Assembly (NCBI RefSeq): GCF_030028105.1
Contig: NC_092374.1
Coordinates: 90,362,491-90,426,490 of the forward strand
Direction: 5' to 3'
Source of the DNA: Mobula birostris
Taxonomy: Eukaryota
Length of the DNA stretch: 64,000 nucleotides
Each line of letters starts with the position of its first letter. The first letter of the stretch is position 1. The notes under the pieces are model-generated. The model was not told the origin of the DNA. It did not search any database and saw only the letters and a program-made list of their open reading frames with translations. The translations under genes and the position numbers were made by a program. Below, piece by piece: positions 27,288-37,282 of the stretch.

Positions 27288-27656
27288 CGTTCACTTTCAG
27301 GATGGTCCCAGAGGCGCTCTGCCTCATCTTATTTTCTTCCCCAAACATGGTCACACCACAGAAATAGGTGTTAGAGTCCACTTGGTTCAGCTGATGTAAG
27401 CAGATGGAACCAGTCTTGTCTCGCAGTGGGGAGCCCAGGAACTCAATCTGGCCTCGGTATTCGTGGGTGGTGTAGTTCAGTAAGGAACTGAATATATATG
27501 TGCCGTTGTAGTTACCAACTCTCCATCTGATGTCGATGCGTCTGGGTGTGGAGGTGTCCGGGTACGTGAAGGAGCAGGGGAGAGTGACAGACTCACCCTC
27601 TTTACCTTCCACGTTGCTTGCCTGCTGCACCCGAAACCCACTTCCACTGGACCGTG
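27288..27656 (-). CDS. IgV exon V2, PILR/Siglec-like, open frame with intact splice sites
   Basis: Acceptor CCCTTTCCCTCAG|CA, donor AAC G|GTGAGC, 369 nt, phase 1-1; VTLPCSFTYP, IRWRVG, YRGQIE, YFCGV, SGTILKV. Confidence 0.85.
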
Positions 27657-28195
27657 CTGAGGGAAAGGGAGGGAGCAAACAGTCATTTGGGAACCTCTGA
27701 CTGCATCTCATCCTGCAGGCAACAAGTCCATAATACTCTCAGCACCTAACAAGCCCCTGCCCTGGCTGGTAGACTAAACTCCACTCTAAGACAAGAGGGG
27801 AGGGAGGAACATGTAACCATAAGACACCATAAGACCTAGGAGAGAGGCTATATGTTCCATCAAGTCTGCTCTGCCATTCAATCCCAGATAATTTATTATC
27901 CCTCTCAAGGCCATTCTTCAGCCTTCTCCTCTTAACAGTTGACACCTCTACTAATCAATAACCTTTGAACCTCCGCATTAAATATGCCCAATAACATGGC
28001 CTGCACAGCCGTCTGTGGCCATGAATTCCACAGACTTACCATGCTCTGGCTGAAGAAATCCTTCCTCACTTCTGTAAAGGGTGTATTGTGAGGCTGTGCC
28101 CTCTGGTCCCAGACTCCCCCACTACTGGAAACACCCCTCCCTTCTTGTCAATCTCCTGAGCTGGGTCTAGAGCAACTCGAGCTGGGTCCACAACA

Positions 28196-28238
28196 TCCAC
28201 GTGAGTTTCAGCAGCGTCAGCCACAGGCTGGAGTTCAC
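28196..28238 (-). pseudogene. Degenerate leader exon of the V2 cassette (GTG start, donor lost)
   Basis: GTG AAC TCC AGC CTG TGG CTG ACG CTG CTG AAA CTC ACG TGG A|TGTTGT aligns without gaps to the intact 43-nt leader at 30087-30129. Confidence 0.65.
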
Positions 28239-29165
28239 GAACCCTCTCGGCCGACACTCCTCCCTGGGTATAAACCCTTTGCCTCGGTGACACAGACCCT
28301 GCCTCACTCCCCGTCTGTATCCGAGTTATTGCTTCTGCTTGCCACATTTCTGTGTCCACATCAGTTTCTAGTTTCAGCACCCTCTAATCATTTCCCAGCA
28401 CCTCCACTCAGTCCAGCCTTCTGCTCATTTACTCTCAAACTGTGCTACATGGAAACTCAGTGGCCATTTTACTAGGTGCATCTGTACGGTCCTCATAAGT
28501 GCAAATACCCAATCAGCCAATCATGCGTCAGCAACACAGTGTGTAAAACACAGGCATGGTCAAAAGGTTAAGTTGTTGCACAGACCAAATATCAGAATGG
28601 GAACGAAATTTGATCTCAGTGACTTTGACCGTGGAATAATTGTTGTTGCCGGACACAGTGGATTCAGAATCTCAGAAACTATTGATCTCCTGGGATCTTC
28701 ACACACAACAATTGCTAAAGTTTACAGAGAATGGTGTGAAAAAAAACAAAAAAAATCCAGTGATTGACGGTTCTGTGGGCGAAAATGCTTTATTATTGAA
28801 AAATTTCAGAGGATGTTGGCCAGACGAGTTCAAGCAGACAGGAAGCAACAGTAACTCAAGTAGCCATGTGTTATAGTGTTGGTGTGCAGAAGAGCATCTC
28901 TGATCACACTAAACATCAAACCTCAAAGTGGATGGGCTACAGCAGCAGAAGGCCATGAACATACGCACTGTGGCCACTGTATTAGATACAGGAGGTGGCC
29001 ACTGAATGTATGCAGGTGTTGAAACATTTGGAAATGAAAACATTCACCTGGTCAATGAGCCTCTCAGGAGGGCTGTGCATGTGTGTGTTTTGGGGGAAGG
29101 TGTTTTCAGATTGATTGGAATCATTATCCAGCTAAGAAGAAGAAAACTTTGAAGCACCAGCTCAC

Positions 29166-29534
29166 TGTTCACTTTCAGGACGGTCCCTGAGGCACCCTGC
29201 CACATCTTATTTTCTTCCCCAAACATGGTCACGCCACAAAAATAGGTGTTGGAGTCCACTTGGTTCAGCCGGTGTAAGCGGATGGAACCGGTCTTGTCTT
29301 GCAGTGGGGAGCCCAGGAACTCAATCCGGCCTCGGTATTCGTGGGTGGTGTGGTTCAGTAAGGAACTGAATATATATGTGTCGTTGTAGTTACCGACTCT
29401 CCATCTGATGTCGATGCGTCTGGGTGTGGAGGTGTCCGGGTACGTGAAGGAGCAGGGGAGAGTGACGGACTCACCTTCTTTACCTTCCGCATTGCTTGCC
29501 TGCTGCACCCGAAACCCACTTCCACTGGACCGTG
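29166..29534 (-). CDS. IgV exon V3, PILR/Siglec-like, intact
   Basis: Acceptor CCCTTTCCCTAAG|CA, donor AAC A|GTGAGC, 369 nt, phase 1-1; about 23 nt differences from V2 by manual alignment. Confidence 0.87.
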
Positions 29535-30086
29535 CTTAGGGAAAGGGAGGGAGCAAACAGTCATTTTGGAACCTCTGACCACATCTCAGCTGGCAGACAA
29601 GTAGCCTGTAACACTCGGCACCAGACAAGCCCCTGCCCCCCTAGCTGATGGACTAACCTTCACCCTAAGACAAGAGGGGTGGGGAGGAAGAGGTGACCAT
29701 TACACCATAAGACCTAGGAGCACATTTAGGCCATTTGTTCCATCGAGTCTGCTCCACCATTCAATCCCAGCTGATTTATTATCCCCCTCAAAGCCACTCT
29801 TCTGCCTTCTTCCCTTAACTATTAACACCCTTATTAGTCATTAACCATTGAACTCTGCTTTAAGTACACCCAGAGACGTGGCCTCCACAGTCGTCTGTGG
29901 CAATGAATTCCACAGATTTACCACACTCTGGCTGAACAAATTCCTCCTCATCCCTGTTCTAAAGGGACTTACTTCTATTCTGAGGATATTCCCTCTGGTC
30001 CCAGACTCACCCACTATTGAAAACATCCCTCCCCTCTTGTCAAACTCTTGAGTGAAGGGGTGACGACTGGAGCTGGGTCTACTCAC

Positions 30087-30129
30087 CCAGCATGAGTTGA
30101 AGTAGCATCAGGTACAGTGTGGAACCCAT
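30087..30129 (-). CDS. Signal-peptide exon of the PILR-like gene (MGSTLYLMLLQLML-A)
   Basis: CC ATG G start context, hydrophobic 14-mer, canonical donor CTG G|GTGAGT in phase 1, matching the V exon acceptors. Confidence 0.82.
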
Positions 30130-31572
30130 GGACCTTTCTCACCCTGGGTGTAGACCCCTTGACTCGGTCACACAGACTCTGTCTCTCTCCCCATCTGTTT
30201 TTGTGTTTTTGCTTCTGCTTTCCACATTTCTCTGTCTCCATATCCGTTCCAGGTTTTGACACCCTCCAATCATTTCCCAACCCTTCCCCTGGGTCCAACG
30301 TCCTGTTCAGATTCTCTCAGGGTTACAGACAGCGCTACAGGTACACTCGGTGGCCACTTTATTAAGTACGCCTGTACACCCCTCGTTAATGCAAATATCT
30401 AACCAGCCAATCATCTGTCAGCAACTGAATGCATAAAAGCATGCAGACACAGTCAAGAGGTTCAGTTGTTCTTCAGACCAAACAGCAGAATGGGAATAAA
30501 TTGGATCTCAGGGAATTTGATCATGGAATGATTGTTGGTGCCAGATAGAGTGGTTTGAGTATCTCAGATTCTATTGATCTCCTGGGATTTTCACGCACAG
30601 CTGTCTGAGAATTGTGCAAAAAATGGAAAACATCCAGTGACAGCCAGTTCTGTGGGAGAAAACACCTTGTTAATGAGATAGGTCAGATGAGAATGGCCAT
30701 ACTGATCCAAGTCAACAGGAACTCAAATAACCATGTGCTACATCAGTGGTGTACAGAAGAGCATTTATGAATGCACAACATGGTGAATCTAGGAGTGGAT
30801 GAGCAGAAGACAATGAATATACACTCTTAACAAACAAAAGAAATCTGCTTACACTGGAAATCCAAGCAACACACACAAATTGCTGGAGGAACTGAACAGG
30901 GCAGGTAGCATCTGTGGAAAACTGTAAAGTCAACTGTAAGGGTTTCTTCTTTTATGTTACTGCTAAGGTGAATAAAATGACTTCTCTACTGTTAACTGCT
31001 GAGGCAGTGGTTCTCTATAGCAGCATGTTTGGGTTATAATTAGTGATAATGGGATTTGTATTCATTTGTTAACCAATTGGGATAGATGTTATTCTTTCTG
31101 TCTGTGTGAAAGCTGTTAGTTTGCGCAGGCTTGGGGGAGAAGGCGCGAGGAGGATGAAGAGAGAAGACGTGGCTTGAAGAGACAGTTGCCGGACCTGCTG
31201 GGCCTGGGCTCGTGGCGGGAGCCCAGGGGTCGACGACGAGTGGAGGAGGATCAGCGAAAGGGAATCCGTGAGCTCCAATGTTTGTGCACTGGACATGCTT
31301 ATAAGATTATCGGCATCTTTTATTTGTTTTCCTTTTCTTTTGTTTCTCTACTAACCCCATACTTAAAATCTTAATTAATATAAATTAATCTAAATTAATA
31401 TAAAATCTTAATCATTTAACCGCACATTGTGGACTGAATGTTATTTCAGGGTACTGATGTTACACAGGGAACACAACACGTAGCATCCACCCAAACAGGA
31501 GTGCTAAAGTTTGGCCGGGGAGTGGGCGTCACCCTCGAGATCATGCCACTAGGCAAAGCAAGTCTTACAATG

Positions 31573-31590
31573 TGGGGGCTTGTCCGGGAT
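31573..31590 (+). promoter_or_regulatory. Primer-binding site complementary to tRNA-Pro
   Basis: TGGGGGCTTGTCCGGGAT, one mismatch from the canonical tRNA-Pro PBS TGGGGGCTCGTCCGGGAT, 3 nt after the 5' LTR. Confidence 0.8.
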
Positions 31591-33649
31591 ATGGATTTTT
31601 GTAGGGTGCTGTGTGATTGCCCTGTTTAAATCAGTGCTGGTGTGCCTCTGTGGGATTGGGGTTAGTAACGGGCTGGATATTCATACCTTGGATGAATTGT
31701 TAATTTGATTTTTGGGTATGGTTAAAGCTGATGGTGAGTTTGAAGTCGTAGTGCAAAAAGTTGACGAAATGGCGGGCTCAGACCTTTCTTTAGTGGGGGC
31801 TAGCGCTGACGTCACAGAGGTGGGATTGCCAGTGTCTATGGGTGCCCCGGGTGAGGCGGGGCCAGGGGCTGTCCATACTGTCAGGAGGGAGGGGGAAGAG
31901 TGGTCTGAATTGGAATGTTTAATCAGCCCTCGTCCCCAAGTGGAGAGTGAGAATTCTGAGTTAGTGTCCGCCTTTGTTTCTCTGGCGAATAGATGTTCCC
32001 GCTACGGCAGACTCAGTTTTTCCTTTGGAATAATGCCCACCCCTAAAGGGGCGGATGCGTACAAGATGTGGGCGGAACGGATCTCTCAGTTGTTAGATGA
32101 GCGGCGGTGCTCGGTTGAGGGAAAGCGACAGGGATTGGTTGAAAATTTGAGTAGGCGGGCTGCTGATGGTGTTACAACTGTCAGGGTCAATTACCCCATA
32201 GTGACAACGGCCAGTTATCTGAAAGCGTGGAAAAATGCATTTGGTTCAATTGGAAGTAACATACAGCACCTGGGGGGCTTTCCATACCTGTGTCAGGAGA
32301 TTGGGGGAAAGTTTTCAGTGTATCTTCTCTGGCTAAGAGGGCAGCTAAATTTCTTATAGTGCCAGAGGGATCATTTAAGGGGATCAGCCCCTCCCTCAGT
32401 TGTTCAGCTGATCAGAGAGGTGTCGGGAAACTTAGTGGAGGCCCAGTGGGGGAACGGCTTGGGGTCTCTGGGGGAACACATTCCCAGCAATGTACCAAGG
32501 AACTCCAGAAAGGAAAAGACCCTATTTCTGAAGGCTTAGAGGGACCACGCTTCAGTGTGTCATTACGGATGGAGGGAAGCTATGCTAAGGCCACCCTGGA
32601 CACTGGGGCGCAGGTCAAGTTGCTGTACAGTTTGTTTTACAACCAGTATTTGAAGCATTTACTTTTGACACCATTCAGGGAATTGGAGATTTGGAGTATC
32701 CGTACTGGGGATCATCCAGAAGATGATTATTGGTCAGTGAAACTGGAGTTCTCGGAGGCCAAGGTGTGGGTGTCTGAGGTTTGTGAGTCATTAGTGCTGA
32801 TGTGTCTGGACACTGTTGAGACGGGAAGCATGTCAACTCGGGAGGGGATCCACACCCCGCTTGTGAAGAAGCACGTGGGGGCCTGCCAGAGGAAGGCGGG
32901 TGAGAGCTGTCTGGGGGCATTATCTGTGCACGCAGTGTTTCGAGCTGCTTGTGAGGACGTGTATGGCAGCATTGGGCAAGGTACCGAAGTTAAATAAGAG
33001 CTAATGATGGTACGGCCTGGGGGAGTATCTGAGAGTGAAGCCCTCTTAGTGGATGCTCCGAAATACCACAAAGGGGTAGGGGGGAGTTGACTGCTGAAGA
33101 TGCCTCGGTGACAGAGAGGTCATGGCGACTGGCCCCTGCAGCCGTGGAAGACATAGGTAGCGTGTGTGGAGGTTGTGTGGGTTCTAGGACTCTGAACAGG
33201 AGCACCGTCCCTGACCAGTATGCGGTCCCGAGGGTTGAAGACGCACTGGTCTGTTTGAGAGGTGTGAAGTGGTTCAATGTGCTGGATCTGAGGAGTGAAT
33301 ATTGCCAGATCCCAATGAGTGAGGCTGACAAGGAGAAGACGGCCATTATAAGTCCCCTGGGATTCTTGCAATCCGAAAAGATGTTCTAGGGCTATCTGGA
33401 GCCCTTGCAACTTTCCAGCGGGGCATGAGGAAGACGGTGGGGGATGTGAAATCATTTGGATTTTTGGTGCATTTGGATGATCTCCTAGTATTTGGATCTG
33501 CCTCAGAAGAATATGAAGCGAGGCTGTTCAGGGTTGCAGGAGCGGCTGAGAACTAAAGAGTTAAAGCTTTCTCTGGACACGTGCCAGGTCTGGCAAAGGT
33601 CGCAGCTCGTGAGTGACTGTCTCTATGGGATCAAGTTTGAAGTGACGAC

Positions 33650-34190
33650 GGAGAGACAGAATTCCCAGCAGAGACTGGAGAAAGTGATCCAGAACCAGTT
33701 GGAAGACTTGCAAGTTGGGGAAGACAAAGAAAGCTGTCTGACTAAGGCAAACAGAAAACTGAGAGCCCAGAGAGGGGGGTTTGACTACACTTCCGAGGAG
33801 GTGAAGCAGTTGCGGCCAGATCTCGGAAGAGGGAAGCGGAAGCTTGAAGGGAATGAGAAGATGACCATCGACAGTTTAAATGAAGTGAGAAAACTGAAAG
33901 TTGACCTGGAAAAAGTCATTAGGAAGAAAATACTGGAGATAATTTCAGTGAACACTAAACTGGAGGCTGAACACTCTTTACATGCTGCTTTTCACGTCGA
34001 GTGGAAGAAGCTGGTGGAGTAACTGAGTCCCAGACTGAGATGGCCAAGTAGCGTGAGTCAGAACTGCTGAGACTGTGGTGATAGTTGGAGGAATCCAAGA
34101 AGAAGCTGTCGTCTGGATTACAAGAGGCTGAAGAGACTGCAGAAGCAGTCCAGGCCAAGTGCTCCAGCGTGGAGAGAACAAACCAGCAGC
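33650..34190 (+). pseudogene. Captured sarcomeric myosin heavy chain rod fragments (possibly MYH16-like) inside the Gypsy element
   Basis: [62 protein letters not shown] and [36 protein letters not shown] match recalled MYH rod motifs. Confidence 0.78.
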
Positions 34191-35251
34191 TACCAATCGA
34201 GGAAAAGGGGAAGAATACAGATTTGACAGATGATGAGATGGAGGTGTGGTACATGCTGCCTTTCGCTAACTTCCCCTTGCTGGATGAAGAGACTCCTGGC
34301 CCTTCTCCCACTGAGTCAGGTGAGGTGGGGGTGGCTAGCTGTGGGCAGCCTGGGTTACTGCAGGACCCTGAAGGAGAGACTGGGGGGGAGAGGGGGAGCA
34401 TGAGTGAGAGATTGAGAGAGGATTCAGCAAGCAGACCCGAGGTATCCCCAGTAGAGTCTGACCCTGAAGGGTTTGGGTGAGGGGGTACAGAGGTCTCGGA
34501 GGACTAGGAAACTCCCAGATAGGTTGGCCTATGTAGTGCCTGGGGAACAGGGCATGAGGTCTACTGTTTGGGGAGCAATGTCACTGTTTGTACCTGGACT
34601 GAGGTTTGTGTCTGCAGGAAGGGTTGGCGAGTTATTTAGAAGTCATGAGGACATGACTAAATTTGGGGGGGGGAAGAGTGTAAGGGTTTCTTCTTTTATG
34701 TTACTGCTAGGGTGAACTCTGTACTGTTAACTGCTGAGGCAGTGGTTCTCTACAGCAGCATGTTTAGGTTATAATTAGTGATAACGGGACATGTATTCAT
34801 TTGCTAACCAATAGGGATAGATGTTATTCTTTCTGTCTGTGTGAAAGCTGTTAGTTTGTGTGAGATTTGGTGGAGAAGGCGCAAGGAGGATGAGGAGAGA
34901 AGACGTAGCTTGAAGAGATGGTTGCTGGACCTGCTGGGCCTGGGCTCAGGGCAGGAACCTAGGGACCGACTAGCAAAGGAGGATCAGCGAAAGGGAATCC
35001 ATGAGCTCCAACGTTTGTGCACTGGACATGTTTATGAGATTATTGGTGCCTCTTATTTGTTTTCCTTTTCTTTTGTTTCTCTACTAACCCCATACTTAAA
35101 TATAAAATCTTAATCGTTTAACCGCACGTTGTGGACTGAATGTTATTTCGGGGTACTGATGTTTCACAGGGGACACAACACGCAGCATCCATCCAAACAA
35201 GAGTGCTAAAATTTGGCCGGGTGAGGGTGCCACCACCAAGATCATGCCACA

Positions 35252-36620
35252 ACGTTTTGGGTGAAGACCCTTCCTCAGGACTGGAAGAAAGATGAGGAGT
35301 CACAATAAGAAAGTGGGGGCAGGGAAAGAAGAATCACAGGTGATAGGTGAAACCGGAAGGAGGAAGGGTGGCGTAAAGACCTGGAAGTTGATTGCTGTAA
35401 GGGATACAGGGCTGAAGAAGGGGAATCTGATCGGAGAAGACAGAAGGCCATGGAAGAAAGAAAAGCGGGAGGAGCACCAGAGGAGGGCGGTGATAGGCTG
35501 GTAAGGATATATAGTAAGAGGGAAATGTAATTGGTGAAGGTGGGGAGGGGTGCATTACTGGAAGTTCGAGAAATCAATGTTCATACCATCAGGCTGGAGG
35601 CTACCCAAATGGAATATAAGGTGTTGTTCATTGAACCTGAAGTGTGGCCTCATTGCGACAGCACAGGAGGCCATGGACTGACATATTGGAATGGGAATGG
35701 GAAGTGGAACTAAAATGGGAGTCCCTGCTTTTTCTGGTAGACCTACCATCCCACCAGCACATAATTCTCTGTAACTTCTGCCATCTCCAACGGGATCCCA
35801 CCACCAAGCGCATCTTCCCCTCCACTTTCTGCTTTCCACAGGGATCGCTCCCTACGCGACTCCCTTGTCCATTCATCCCTCCCCACTGATCTCCCTCCTG
35901 GCACTTTTCCTTGCAAGCAGAACAAGTGCTACACCTGCCCCTACACTTCCTCCCTCACTACCATTCAGGGCCCCAAACAGTCCTTCCAGGTGAGGTGACA
36001 CTTCACCTGTGAGTCTGTTGGGGTCAAATACTGTGTCCGGTGCTCCCAGCGTGGCCTCCCAGTGAGACCCGACGTAGATTGCGAGACAGTTTTGCTGAGC
36101 ACATTTGCCAGAAAAAGGGGAATCTCCCAATGGCCACCTCTTTCAGTTTCATTTCCTATTCCCATTCCGACAATTCAGTCTCTGGCCTGTCACAATGAGG
36201 CCACACTCAGGCTGAAGGAGCGACATCTTATATTCTGCCTGGGTAGCCTCCAGCCCGATGGCATAAACAACAATTTCTTGAACTTCCAGTAATGTCCCCA
36301 CCCCTCCCCACTTCACTATTCTCCATTCCCATTTTCCTCTCACCTTATCTCCTTACCAACCTATCACTTCCCTCTGGTGCTGCCTCCCCACTTTCTCTCT
36401 TCCATGGCCTTCTGTGTTCTCCTGTCAGATTCCCCCTTCTCCAGTCCTGTATAGCTTACACCAATCAACTTCCCAGCTCTTCACTTCACCCCTCCCGGTT
36501 TCACCTAAGAACCTTGTGGTTCTTCCTCCCCTCCCACCACTTTCTTACTCTGGCTCCTCATCTTTTTTTTCCAGTCCTGATGAAGATTCTCAGCCTGAAA
36601 TGTCAGCTATACTCTTTTCC
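35252..36620. mobile_element. Penelope-like element: 5'-truncated GIY-YIG endonuclease copy (+, 35730-36620) fused to an inverted terminal copy (-, 35252-35730)
   Basis: CYTCPYT, HFTCESVGVKYCVRCSQ and HLIFCLGSLQPDGIN on +; HLIFHLGSLQPDGMNIDFSNF on -; both end in the pLTR/hammerhead unit. Confidence 0.82.
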
Positions 36621-37282
36621 ATAATATACACTCGGTGGCGCTTTGTTAGGTAAAGGAGGTACCGGATAACGTGGCCACTCTGTGTAAATGACCTGGTCCA
36701 ACACTTAGCTGGGCTGATTCGCAATCTTGGAGACGACAGAAGAATTGGTGAAGTTGTGGATTGTAAGGGGGGTTGTCAAAGGGTTCGTGAATGTGGACCA
36801 GCTGGAAGTGCAGGCAGGGAAATGGAGGATTGAGTTTAATCTGGATAAATGTGTGGTGCTGCATTTTCAAAGGCTAAGAGCAAAACAGTGTTCCCTCCAA
36901 TTTTTGGAAATTTCAAGAAACTTTTTACACAACCCGAAATCTGCACAGCACTTTAATATTTTTGTAAATGCATACTGAGAATATTTAGAATAGAAATTGA
37001 AAAATATCATATACTTTTGATTTTATTTATTAACTGAGGGTATAATGAAATACAACAAAGAAGTTCTTTCAAGTTTTGTAAACTTTTCTGTATCTGTCTG
37101 TATCACAAATCCGTGGCCTATAAACAATGTCCAGATTAATTTTGCAACCAGATTAAATTTACATCTTAATCCTCATTAGATCATCCAAATGGTCCACTTC
37201 TAGCAACACACCCAAAATGCTGGTGGAACGCAGCAGGCCAGGCAGCATCTATTGGAAGAGGTAGTCAACGTTCTGGGCTGAG

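Larger units (their letters stand above)
30935..35250 (+). mobile_element. Gypsy/Ty3 LTR retrotransposon with both LTRs, degenerate PNMA-like gag, protease and partial RT; most of RNaseH and integrase replaced by a myosin fragment
   Basis: LTRs 30935-31569 (TGTAAG...CTTACA) and 34679-~35250 (about 20 bp missing at the 3' end); PBS at 31573; PPT at 34665-34678; gag WAERISQLLDERRCS..KRQGLVENL; protease LDTGAQ; RT DQYAVPRVEDAL, LDLRSEYCQI, HLDDLL; likely CAAC TSD. Confidence 0.9.

Noticed and set aside
19466-29534. Interpreting V1-V3 as RAG-rearranging TCR/Ig V segments
   Set aside because: Each V includes its own G strand and ends at a splice-donor position; no CACAGTG heptamer/nonamer RSS was seen at the 3' ends.
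36625-36686. ~60-bp element bounded by both Tc1-family TIR-like ends
   Set aside because: An extreme internal-deletion derivative of the abundant Tc1 MITE family; not novel.
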